Shown: piece after piece, positions 21,105-30,784 of the stretch
Position numbering within the stretch: the stretch's first letter is position 1
Layout of the letters: each line of letters begins with the position of its first letter
Source of the DNA: an uncultured cyanobacterium
GTDB lineage: Bacteria; Cyanobacteriota; Cyanobacteriia; Cyanobacteriales; Microcystaceae
Assembly (NCBI GenBank): GCA_963807635.1
Contig: CAWEDJ010000078.1
Location: forward strand, 1 to 33,161
Reading direction: 5' to 3'
Length of the DNA: 33,161 nt
The notes under the pieces: generated by a model
The model's input: the letters and a program-made list of their open reading frames with translations, nothing else
Databases searched by the model: none
Told to the model about the DNA's origin: nothing
Translations under genes and position numbers: made by a program

Positions 21105-21406
21105 TTAGATTCGAGACATAGAGAGGAGATCTCAGAAAACAACCAAGGCTTTAGTCTATGTAATCTTACCTTGTGATGGGTGCATTAATCTTAAGATCTC
21201 TAAAATAACTCTATTATCCCCAAATAGCTTTATCCTTTAGGTTTAGATCATTTTGTTTATTTGATGTTGTTTCTCAGTAGTTTGGTTAATTCAATTATCT
21301 GTTGATTTCGCGATCGCAAGAGAAAACTAGAAAGCCTAGAATAAGGATAGGGAAGAAAACCTTAAGATGATATTGATTCGATAAACTAGCAAGTGTATAA
21401 AACGGC

Positions 21407-22515
21407 ATGGGTGACATAACGCTAGAGGCATCGCCTTTACGCTCTCTGCGATCGGGAAAATGGGTCAAGTTGATCTGTGGCGCGAGTTTTCAGGATTTAG
21501 CCGCGATTCGCAATCTTGTCCTAGTCTATAGTTTGGCGGGGGTGGATTGTGTTGATGTTGCGGCGGATGGGCAGTAATTACGGCGGCAAGGGAAGGAATT
21601 TTCGCCGCAAAAGCATTGTCGCAAGGGTCACAAAATCAAGGTTTACGAGAATTCAGCCCGCCCTGGTTGATGATCAGTTTGAATGACGGCAGACCCCCAT
21701 TTTCGTAAAGCCCAATTTGATCCCCATCGTCGTCCAGCAGACTGTCCCCGTCCCTGTGAGATGATTTGTCCTGCCCAGGCCATTAATACCCAGGGTGTGA
21801 TTGATGAACGCTGTTATGGCTGCGGACGATGTTTGCCTGTTTGTCCCTTGGGACTGATTACCACTCGTTCCCAGGTTGCGACACCAAGAGCGATCGCGCT
21901 TTTCTTAGAATTAGGCATGATTGATGCCATTGAACTGCATACCCAAGTGGGCCACGAATCTGAGTTTACACATCTCTGGAAGGCGATCGCGTTCTGGTGT
22001 GAAGGGTTAAAAATATTAGCCATTAGTTGTCCTGAACAATCGGGAGTTTTAGACTATTTACATTATCTCAATGATGTCATTCAGCCCCTGCCCTGTCCCC
22101 TCATTTGGCAGACCGATGGCCGTCCCATGAGTGGCGATATTGGCAAAGGAACCACCCATGCCGCGATTAAGCTGGCTCAAAAGGTTCTCGCGTCGGATTT
22201 GTCGGGTTATGTCCAACTGGCGGGGGGAACTAATGACCATACGGTGAGTAAATTAAAGGAAATAGGATTACTGCAAAAATCATCAAGTTCATTATTAAAT
22301 GGCGTTAATCCGTCTTTTTCTATCTCAGGTATTGCCTACGGAAGTTATGCCCGTTCCCTGTTATTGCCGATTTTGGAAGAAATGGAAAATCAGAATCTCA
22401 AAAAAATGGATCAAAATTCGTTAGGATCAACACACCTCGAAAATTATCCTGATTTATTCTCGTCTGCTTTGTCCCTGCCGATACTGTTGTTTCTGACTTA
22501 AAACACATTATTTAG
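21407..22515 (+). CDS. ldpA: Circadian input 4Fe-4S protein LdpA, several frameshifts
   Basis: KLICGASFQD..GVDCVDVAAD from ATG 21407, then DPHFRKA, CPRPCEMICP, CYGCGRCLPVCP, WQTDGRPMSGDIG and QLAGGTN. The 3' end is uncertain (22501 or 22515). Confidence 0.9.
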
Positions 22516-22604
22516 GACTTACGCAGAAACACTACCTGTAAGGGCAATTCATGAATTGCCCCTACAGAAAATAGGTCATCTATGGCGGAGGTGCGTAAGT
22601 CCTA
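22513..22604. mobile_element. 92-bp MITE-like element with 13-bp perfect terminal inverted repeats and an internal REP-like palindrome
   Basis: TAGGACTTACGCA (22513-22525) and TGCGTAAGTCCTA (22592-22604). Internal CTGTAAGGGCAATTCATGAATTGCCCCTACAG (22536-22567) is a palindrome with one mismatch. Confidence 0.8.
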
Positions 22605-22672
22605 TCATTGTTAAAAGTTAACTTCTCATAAAAAAACAGTTTTAAAATTAAAAGATTAAATTTTTATCTAAA

Positions 22673-24437
22673 ATGCCACTAGAAACTTCTCACGTTCATT
22701 CAATGCAAATTACGGACGATCTCAGCCAATTACTTGATATTTTACCGCCCTCTATTCGTCTGGCTTTAGCAGATCATCCTCAACGGGACAGTCTCATTGA
22801 AGTCGTCATGGATTTGGGACGCTTACCCGAAGCGCGATTTCCCAAGGAAGCAATTTATCTGGGAGACATTCCAATTTCTAAGGAAGATCTACAATTTTCC
22901 ATCCAAAGAGTAGGATATTTTAGCGGTGATAATCGGGCGGGAATTGAACGAACTTTGCACCGTATCAGTGCTATTCGGAATCGGACGGATGACATTATCG
23001 GTCTCACTTGTCGGGTAGGACGGGCAGTTTTTGGCACGATCGCGATGATTCGGGATTTAGTCGAAACGGGGCAATCAATTTTACTGCTCGGGTCGTCCAG
23101 GGGTGGGAAAAACAACGGCATTACGAGAAATTGCGCGGGTATTAGCCGAAGACTTCAAAAAACGGGTTGTCATTATTGATACGTCTAATGAAATCGCAGG
23201 AGATGGCGATATTCCCCATCCCGCGATCGGTAGAGCCAGACGGATGCAGGTTGCTCGTCCTGAATTACAGCACCACGTCATGATCGAAGCGGTGGAAAAT
23301 CATATGCCCGAAGTGATTGTTATTGATGAAATTGGTACGGAATTAGAAGCATTAGCGGCAGAAACGATTGCCGAACGGGGAGTTCAATTAGTGGGGACGG
23401 CTCACGGAAATCGCATCGAAAATTTAATTAAAAATCCAACCCTTTCCGATTTAGTTGGGGGGATTCAAGCAGTTACTTTGGGGGATGAAGAAGCTCGCCG
23501 AAGGGGTTCCCAAAAAACAGTGTTAGAAAGAAAAGCTCCTCCGACTTTTGCGATCGCGGTGGAAATGTTAGAACGGCAACGCTGGGTTATCCATGCCGAC
23601 GTGGCCCAAACCGTTGATATTCTCCTGCGGGGCAAAGAACCCGGATTTCAAACCCGCTCCGTTGATGAGCAAGGCGAAGTACAAATTACTCAGGAAACGC
23701 CCCAAATTCAACCGAAAATCCCCTCCTTTGGTCAACCCGATCCTTTTACGGGTTCTCCCCGTCCGACAGGTTGGCGAGCGTCTGGACGGATGGCGCCCCT
23801 GTCCCCCGTTGATTCCGCACCTTTAAAAACCGTCGAAAATCACGAATTTGAGCAATTACTCGATAAATCCTTGGGTACAATCCGAGGAAGAAACGGACAA
23901 AATTCGCGTGCCTGGCACCAAATGGAGAAGATTTACCCGTTTATATTTATCCCTACGGACTGGGACGAAGCCAATTAGAGCAGGTCATTGAAGTTCTCAA
24001 TTTACCCATTGTTCTGACTAAAGAATCTAGAAAATGCCGATGCGGTGATTGCCTTGAGGACGCACGTTAAAACCCATTCTAAATTGCGTCATGCCGCCAA
24101 AGGTCGCAACGTCCCTATTTATGGCATAAAATCTAATACGATTCCCCAGATTACCCGTGTTTTACGGCGTTTATTGGGAATGGATGACCACAAAGATCCA
24201 GAGGGTGTGGATTTGCGGTTGTTTTCTCGCGGTGGCAACGATGATGAACTAGAAGGACTCGAAGAAGCCCGTTTAGCCGTTGAACAAATTGTTATTCCCA
24301 CAGGTCAACCCGTGGAATTATTACCGCGATCGCCGAAAGTCCGTAAAATGCAACACGAACTCGTCGAACATTACCGTCTTCAATCCGATAGTTTTGGAGA
24401 AGAACCGAACCGTCGATTACGGATTTACCCCGCCTAA
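22673..24437 (+). CDS. ycf45: Ycf45/SpoIIIAA-like AAA ATPase with C-terminal R3H domain, frameshifted near 23095, 23870 and 24025
   Basis: [36 protein letters not shown], shifted [28 protein letters not shown], and R3H motif RKMQH. Confidence 0.9.
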
Positions 24438-24530
24438 CTCGTTTCCGTGACCTAATTGAATCGATTAAAATTTAAGCAGTACCCGTGACGACCTACCACC
24501 AAGACAGATTCACCCTTACCTGATTCGGTC

Positions 24531-25055
24531 ATGACCTTACGCACTGGAAAAAATTTGGCGATCGCTTATATTCTTTGGGGATTGGGCTTTTTTGGATTTT
24601 GTGGCATCCATCGCTTATATCTGGGAAAACCCATCACAGGACTATTATGGTTATTTAGCGGAGGACTCTGTTTTGTGGGTCAATTCATTGACCTATTTTT
24701 AATTCCTGGCATGGTAAAAGCAGAACAAACCTATAGTCCTCAATTCTTACCTAAAGAAGGAGGCTTTATTCCTATTCAATTTAGTCAACAAATTCTAGAA
24801 AAATTAGACCGTCTAGATGAAAAATTACACAACACGTTTATCCGTTCTAAAAAAACAGAATTAACACCCCTCCACCGTTTACTGGAAGCAGCATCTACCC
24901 GTCAAAATGTATTATCCTTTGCCCAGGCAATAATGGTAACAGGTTTAAATCCTGAGCAAGTGGAACAAGTCTTAAATGAAGGAATGAGAAAAGGAATTAT
25001 CCACATCGGCAATGATCCCGAATCAGGAGCAGTTCGTTATTATTTTGATATTTAA
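24531..25055 (+). CDS. TM2 (NINE) domain membrane protein
   Basis: AYILWGLGFFGFCGIHRLYLGK..TGLLWLFSGGL..VGQFIDL. Confidence 0.85.
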   Translation: MTLRTGKNLAIAYILWGLGFFGFCGIHRLYLGKPITGLLWLFSGGLCFVGQFIDLFLIPGMVKAEQTYSPQFLPKEGGFIPIQFSQQILEKLDRLDEKLHNTFIRSKKTELTPLHRLLEAASTRQNVLSFAQAIMVTGLNPEQVEQVLNEGMRKGIIHIGNDPESGAVRYYFDI

Positions 25056-25069
25056 ATCAATTAGAAGAA

Positions 25070-25752
25070 TTAACCAAAATTTTGAGCCATTAATTTCGCC
25101 TCTTGCAATAATTGTCGTGCCAGTCGAAACAACTCTTTTCCCGTATGTAAATAATATTCATCATAACAAGACGCAAACTGTCCCAATTCGTCTAAACCAT
25201 CATCTAAATGATTCAAACAATAATAAAGAGAAAGCGCAATTTTAGCCGCTTCCACAGGGTTCGGTTGGGAAGAAAAAATGAAATGGGCTTTTTCCAAAAA
25301 TTGATGACATTCGGTCAGATAATCTTCAAAATGAGCCATTAATTCATCATCAAAAGGATCGCCTGCCAATAGATCAATTTGAGAAGGCAGAGGATTAAGC
25401 ACATTTAAAAATAATCGATTTAACGGGGCATAGATGTTTTTCATCCATCGCTGTAAAGATTGATCGGCTTCCTTGCTGGCCTGGCGACGCTGTTGAGCAT
25501 GGGATTGAGCCGCTCGGTTTCTCCGTTCACGTTTTGTTTGATCAGATTTCCCCTCTAATTGCTGATCGTAATGACTTCTCCGTTGAACATCGCCTAAAAT
25601 TTCATAGGCATATTAATCTCCACAATACTGTCATGGTTAGCCGACTGATGTTGACTATCGGGATGGAACTGTTTGGCTAATCGTCGATAGGATTGCTTAA
25701 TTTCCTTCTGGGTGGCTGTCGAACAGACCTCTAAAATTTCGTAATAGTTCAT
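25070..25752 (-). CDS. DnaJ-domain (type III) protein, frameshifted near 25615-25625
   Basis: Read manually from ATG 25752: MNYYEILEV..ATQKEIKQSYRRLAKQFHPD, then shifted AYEILGD..RRSHYD running into ORF 25070..25444. Confidence 0.85.
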
Positions 25753-25794
25753 GAAAAAATCAGTGAAGCTAGGCTTTTATTTTAGCGACTAATG

Positions 25795-26749
25795 CTAACT
25801 CGTCACGATGGAAGTCTCTAGATCTTGAAAAAGTGGTGTGCTTAAATAACGTTCTCCAAAGCTGGGTTGAATCATGATGATCAGTTTGTCTTTGTTTTCT
25901 AAACGTTTCCCCACTTTAATCGCTGCGACCAGGCCGCCCCACTAGAAATTCCTGACAAAATACCTTCTTCCTTGGCCAAACGACGACCGTAGAAAATGGC
26001 TTCATCATCGGATACCGTAATAATTTCATCGATTAATTCCACTTTCAGCACTTCAGGAATAAATCCCGCTCCAATGCCCTGAATCTTATGTCCGCCTGGG
26101 ACTCCTCCTGACAAAACAGGACTGTTACTCGGTTCAACGGCGATCGCTTGAAAACTAGACTTACGCTGTTTAATTACTTCTGCCACCCCCGTAATCGTTC
26201 CCCCCGTTCCCACACCTGCCACCACAAAATCGACCTGTCCATCCGTATCTGCCCAAATTTCCTCTGCCGTTGTTAGACGATGAATTTCAGGATTCGCTGG
26301 ATTATTAAACTGTTGCAAAATATATGCATCGGGTAAACTGGCGGCAATATCTCGGGCCGACGAATACAACCACTCATGCCCTCACTTCCTGGCGTTAACT
26401 CTAATTTTGCCCCATAGGCTTGCAACATAGCCCGTCTTTCCTTACTCATTGTTTCTGGCATCGTTAAAATTAACTGATATCCTTTGGCAGCAGCCACCAT
26501 CGCTAAGGCAATTCCCGTATTTCCAGAAGTTGGCTCAACGAGAATCGTTTTCCTAGGAGTAATCAACCCTTCCCGTTCAGCTCGATTGAGCATATTAATT
26601 CCAATACGATCTTTTACAGACGCAGAGGGATTCATTCCTTCTAGCTTAACCACAATCTGGGCCACACACTGCTCTGCTTGGGGAATAGCATTCAAATGCA
26701 CTAGAGGGGTACGACCAATGAGTTCGGTAATATTGTTTGCAATTTTCAT
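25795..26749 (-). CDS. cysK: Cysteine synthase A, frameshifted near 26358 and 25932
   Basis: [42 protein letters not shown] and [10 protein letters not shown]. The C-terminus [10 protein letters not shown] is in a third frame. Confidence 0.95.
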
Positions 26750-26794
26750 TATTTTTTTATTTATTAAATAGCTCCTATAAAGAATGGTATAACG

Positions 26795-26819
26795 AAAAAA
26801 CCCCGCAATAAGCGAGGTT
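26795..26819 (-). terminator. Intrinsic terminator of the porin gene
   Basis: Minus strand AACCTCGC-TTATT-GCGGGGTT followed by a T-run. Confidence 0.75.
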
Positions 26820-26859
26820 CAAAAGAATTCTAAAGAATTAGGTTTTTCAGATTAACCAA

Positions 26860-28854
26860 TTAGAACGTGAAAGTACCACGAAGCGTTCCAATGAAAGCAT
26901 CTTTCGCGTTGGTTGCTTGTTCTGGCTTAGAAATCCAGATTACACCAGGAGTGATAGAAAGATTATCGGTAACTTGATACTTGTAGAACATTTCAACCTG
27001 TACGGGATTGGTACGAGGTAAAAGAAGATTGTTTCCTCCGCTGGTGAAACCCGTTAAATAAGGTTGAACACCCGCGAAGAGACCAAGAACATTTCCTTCT
27101 TTACCAAGGTCAGGGAAAGCAAAACCACCACCATAAGTCCAGATGCTACCATTTCCAGCACCGATGACATTGACGTTGGTGTAGCTACCATAGCCACTGA
27201 AGTTTAACCAATCAGCGACCCGCCATGAGCCTTGAATCCCATAGCTGTTGGTATTTTTACCACCGAAGTCATAGGGGTTGATGAAATTACCAGTCGTACC
27301 ATCAGCAGCTCCACCAGGGCCAGATTGACTGTTATAGTCGTTGGTTGCAGTAGGAGGCGCACCAATTGAACCAGCCGCTAAGGAATTATTCAATTCAGCG
27401 CGAGAAAGGTTAGACGCGGTTGTTCCTACAAGACCCGTACCAGTTTTGCTACCTTGTCCGAAAATAGGACTATCGGGAGAGTGGTAAGCGTTTACATAGG
27501 TGAATGCAAGGCTGATACCATCTGCGATATTCGCGTTGATTTGAGCTAATGCGGCATAGTTACCATCAAATAAGCCATTACCGCCATCGTTGAAGGTATA
27601 GTTTAAACCAGTGACAGGGTTAGTGCTTTGATTACCGCTACTGGGGTTGTTACCCGTTCCTGCTAAATAACCCAAGCTCAAGGAAGTGGGACCCAAGAGA
27701 CTGTTCAAGAAACCGAGTTCTAAACTGGTACCGACACCCGCACCACCACCAATTTGGTAGATGGGGTTTCTTTCAGAGAATGCACTAATCGCGCCTTTAC
27801 CACCGCCGTAGTCATCAAAGTAGGGGTTCAAGGTAGGAACAAAGTCAGCCCACTGACCGCCCCAACCAGCGATATAGGTGTTTAATCGCATATTGTCTCC
27901 CAAGGAAATGGGGACATAATAAGCCAACCAGTCAACGGCAACATTATTGTTAGGGCCGCCACCACCTGTTTGCCAACTTTGGGTAAAAGTGGGACTGCTG
28001 TAGGAGTCACCCATAACGCCTAACTGTTGACCACTGTTGATGTTAGGGTTATAAACATTGTTGGTTGGATAAAATGTCTTGAAGGCTTGAACATTGTTTG
28101 CCGCGAGACGAGTAACCAACAAGTCGTCTCCACTGAAACTGGTGTTGAACTGCAAGCGAACCCGGTCTTGCATGACAACTTGGTTGTTGTTCGTTTGATT
28201 ATTGAGGGTATTTTTGGTTCCAAAGATAGCTGTAGGAGCGATGACCACTTCCCCAGTCAATTTGGTGGTGGTGGAGAATTGGTGATCTTCTAAGAATGAG
28301 GTACGAGCTTCAAGGTTATCAACTCGCGCGCCCAGAGCAGCTAGTTCTGCTTCAAACTCTTGCATGAGGCGTTTGAGTTTATCGATATCTTCACGAAGAA
28401 CCGCAACGTTTTCTTGAATTAAACGTTCCATGACGTTCATACAAGCGTTTAAACCAGCCGCAAATTCCCAGCGACTGAGAGCGCGATTACCTCGGAAGGT
28501 ACGATCAGGATAACCAACGATACAACCATAACGCTCGACTAGGCTCTTAAGTGCTTCGTAGGCCCATTCGGTAGGTTGAACATCGCGGAGTTCACTAACG
28601 CTAGTGACTTGATCAACGGAAGTATTTGCTTGACCTTCGTTGCTATATTCGTCAAGTTTATTTAAAAGTTGATTGTCTTTTTGGGTATTGCTGAATTCGG
28701 GGGCAGCTTGTGCAAGCTCGATCGAATTCGTTTTTGCATTGACCGTTTCGGACTTAACTGAAGCATCGGCTGCTTGGGCAGAAGAGCTTACAGCTAGAGT
28801 AGCACCAACAATAGCTGGGCTGATTAATAGAGATTTCCAGAACATTTTAAGCAT
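26860..28854 (-). CDS. Cyanobacterial outer-membrane porin (SLH domain plus OprB-like barrel; SomA/SomB family)
   Basis: Signal peptide, QVTSVSELRDVQPTEWAYEALKSLVERYGCIVGYPD, coiled coil, QFSTTTKL.GE and C-terminal GTLRGTFTF. Confidence 0.95.
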   Translation of the reverse strand: MLKMFWKSLLISPAIVGATLAVSSSAQAADASVKSETVNAKTNSIELAQAAPEFSNTQKDNQLLNKLDEYSNEGQANTSVDQVTSVSELRDVQPTEWAYEALKSLVERYGCIVGYPDRTFRGNRALSRWEFAAGLNACMNVMERLIQENVAVLREDIDKLKRLMQEFEAELAALGARVDNLEARTSFLEDHQFSTTTKLTGEVVIAPTAIFGTKNTLNNQTNNNQVVMQDRVRLQFNTSFSGDDLLVTRLAANNVQAFKTFYPTNNVYNPNINSGQQLGVMGDSYSSPTFTQSWQTGGGGPNNNVAVDWLAYYVPISLGDNMRLNTYIAGWGGQWADFVPTLNPYFDDYGGGKGAISAFSERNPIYQIGGGAGVGTSLELGFLNSLLGPTSLSLGYLAGTGNNPSSGNQSTNPVTGLNYTFNDGGNGLFDGNYAALAQINANIADGISLAFTYVNAYHSPDSPIFGQGSKTGTGLVGTTASNLSRAELNNSLAAGSIGAPPTATNDYNSQSGPGGAADGTTGNFINPYDFGGKNTNSYGIQGSWRVADWLNFSGYGSYTNVNVIGAGNGSIWTYGGGFAFPDLGKEGNVLGLFAGVQPYLTGFTSGGNNLLLPRTNPVQVEMFYKYQVTDNLSITPGVIWISKPEQATNAKDAFIGTLRGTFTF

Positions 28855-28863
28855 TTTAGCTTT

Positions 28864-28872
28864 TCCTCACAC
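28864..28872 (-). promoter_or_regulatory. Putative Yfr1 sRNA target site in the porin 5' UTR
   Basis: The mRNA reads GUGUGAGGA ending 9 nt before the ATG, complementary to the conserved Yfr1 loop ACUCCUCACAC. Confidence 0.7.
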
Positions 28873-28920
28873 CTTTACACCGTAAGTTTGACGATAGATT
28901 GTTAGGCTACTGTCCATTTC

Positions 28921-28948
28921 ATTATACACAGCTTTTTGAGATTGTAAA
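28921..28948 (-). promoter_or_regulatory. Probable porin promoter
   Basis: Minus strand TTTACA, 16-nt spacer ending in TGTG, then TATAAT (extended -10). Confidence 0.6.
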
Positions 28949-29149
28949 ACAGATTTTAAAAAATTAAGCTGGAGATTGGTTACTTTGCCTTGTTTCATGG
29001 GGGATTGAGGCATTATGTCTGCTCGCTTTTTTGGTCTGCCAACGCTCTTAGTTGCTTTGTAGGTAGGTTTATTATGAAGATTGTAACGCCTTCAACTAAA
29101 AATGGAGCTGACAAATTTTTGATTGTTCACAATTTAGTGCGATCGCCTT

Positions 29150-29189
29150 AAAAAACTATCCGCTCCCTCTAACGAATTAAAGGAAGCGG
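29150..29189 (-). terminator. Strong intrinsic terminator with a UUCG tetraloop
   Basis: Minus strand CCGCTTCCTTTAA-TTCG-TTAGAGGGAGCGG is a 13-bp stem with G-U pairs, followed by ATAG and T6. Confidence 0.8.
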
Positions 29190-29271
29190 TCTAGTGGGGT
29201 CTCGCTGATTGAAACCTAACTGCCGAGAGGAACTCTAGAAACAGTTTATGGGTTATAGAAGAACTAGTTCA

Positions 29272-29343
29272 CTAAAGAACAGCCCCGGCCCACAGTTGGC
29301 TAAATCCAATCAGGTGACCCAGATGTTTACTACTTTCTATCAT
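29272..29343 (-). CDS. Putative 23-aa peptide MIESSKHLGHLIGFSQLWAGAVL
   Basis: Perfect SD AAAGGAGGTGA upstream of ATG 29343 (in-frame upstream ATG at 29349), TAG at 29272-29274. Confidence 0.45.
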   Translation of the reverse strand: MIESSKHLGHLIGFSQLWAGAVL

Positions 29344-29401
29344 GGGCATCACCTCCTTTATCGCCTAGTTGGCTTGTATCTCAAGGGTTAATGAATTTAA
29401 G

Positions 29402-30781
29402 TTAGCGTATATTTTTAGGAAAGGCAAGGCAAGTTTGTAAAAAATTTTGTACAAGGTGGGGATGGTTGCCAAAATGTAAATGGAGATAGGAGGCATGGAG
29501 GTTTTGCTTTGTCCATCCTTCTAACTGAATAGGATCTTGGGGTAAATAGCCTTGAGTTTGAAAAAGAGGCTTGGGAGAGAGTTTGGTTAGACGGGAACGG
29601 TGAAATTCATGACCCCACATTTTTTGGTCTTGGGGGATGAGTCCTTTGGGTTGTAAGGCGATCGCCCTGCGATAACCAAGGGTGAGTTTGGCTCCCATAA
29701 TGGCAGTGGTCGGCAATATCCCTAGCATGGGCCAAGTTTGCCCCGAAAAATCAATGATTTCTTGACAAAGATACATTAAACCGCCACATTCAGCATAGGT
29801 CGGCATTCCCTGGGCGATCGCGTTTTTAATTTCTTGGTGTAAATTGTGATTCTCACTCAGGGTTTGGGCAAACACTTCAGGAAAACCGCCTCCTATATAT
29901 AGTCCCTGAATATCCAGAGGCAAATGGGAATCTTCTAGGGGACTCCAATAAACGAGTTCGGCTCCCTGTTCGGTCAATAAATCCAGATTGTCTTGATAGT
30001 AAAAATTGAAAGCGCGATCGCGGGCAATTCCTATGCGAGGATATTGGGTATTTTGTTGAATTAAAATCTGGGGCTGTTTTGGTTCGTTAGGGGAGATATT
30101 CGGGGTTAACAATGGTAAAAGTTTTTCCCAGTCAAAGCAAGCTTGAGCTAAATTTGCAAGTTTTTGGAATAAATGCTTTAAATGAGGTAATTCGTCAGTG
30201 GGAACTAATCCTAGATGGCGATCGGGGATTTTTAGGTCATCTTCTCGATGGACAACTCCTAGAATAGGTAAATTAATATTTTCTAAGGCAGAGGAAAGTT
30301 GGGTTAAATGGCGATCGCTCCCGACTCGATTGAGAATAACCCCGACAATATTCACCTTGGGATCAAAATTTCGGTATCCAGAGGCGATCGCCGTGATCGA
30401 ACCCGATAGACGACTACAATCGAGAACGAGCAAGACGGGCAAATTTAATAATCGAGCAATGTGAGCAGTAGAGGCGAAATCTTGACAATTATTGAGAGAA
30501 ATTCCATCAAATAATCCCATTACCCCTTCAATGAGAGCATAATCAACGCCTTGAGCATGACGGGCATAGCAATTTTGAACATAGGTTTCTGAAGTTAAAA
30601 CGGGATCTAGGTTCCGACAAGGTAATCCTGTCACTTGAGTATGAAACATGGGATCTATATAGTCTGGCCCTACTTTAAAGGATTGGACTTTGGCTCCTTT
30701 TTGGGATAGAAAAGAGAGAATTGCTAGGGTAATAGTCGTTTTACCGACACCGCTTCGTTCTCCTGCAATAATTAACGCCAT
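29402..30781 (-). CDS. cobB: Cobyrinate a,c-diamide synthase
   Basis: SGVGKTT, FKVGPDYIDP, IEGVMGLFDG, RHLGLVP, AFNFYY, GGGFPE, AECGGLMYL and GHEFH. Confidence 0.95.
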   Translation of the reverse strand: MALIIAGERSGVGKTTITLAILSFLSQKGAKVQSFKVGPDYIDPMFHTQVTGLPCRNLDPVLTSETYVQNCYARHAQGVDYALIEGVMGLFDGISLNNCQDFASTAHIARLLNLPVLLVLDCSRLSGSITAIASGYRNFDPKVNIVGVILNRVGSDRHLTQLSSALENINLPILGVVHREDDLKIPDRHLGLVPTDELPHLKHLFQKLANLAQACFDWEKLLPLLTPNISPNEPKQPQILIQQNTQYPRIGIARDRAFNFYYQDNLDLLTEQGAELVYWSPLEDSHLPLDIQGLYIGGGFPEVFAQTLSENHNLHQEIKNAIAQGMPTYAECGGLMYLCQEIIDFSGQTWPMLGILPTTAIMGAKLTLGYRRAIALQPKGLIPQDQKMWGHEFHRSRLTKLSPKPLFQTQGYLPQDPIQLEGWTKQNLHASYLHLHFGNHPHLVQNFLQTCLAFPKNIR

Positions 30782-30784
30782 TGT

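Larger units (their letters stand above)
29150..29398 (-). ncRNA. Candidate structured small RNA or dual-function transcript of about 250 nt
   Basis: Two internal complementarities, its own terminator, a possible -10 (TACGCT) at the end of cobB, and an embedded SD-led short ORF. The 5' end is inferred. Confidence 0.6.

Noticed and set aside
29190..29398. Cobalamin riboswitch or 16S rRNA fragment
   Set aside because: No B12 box is recognisable and the region lies downstream of cobB. ATCACCTCCTTT matches the 16S 3' end only over that short stretch and is better read as an SD on the opposite strand.
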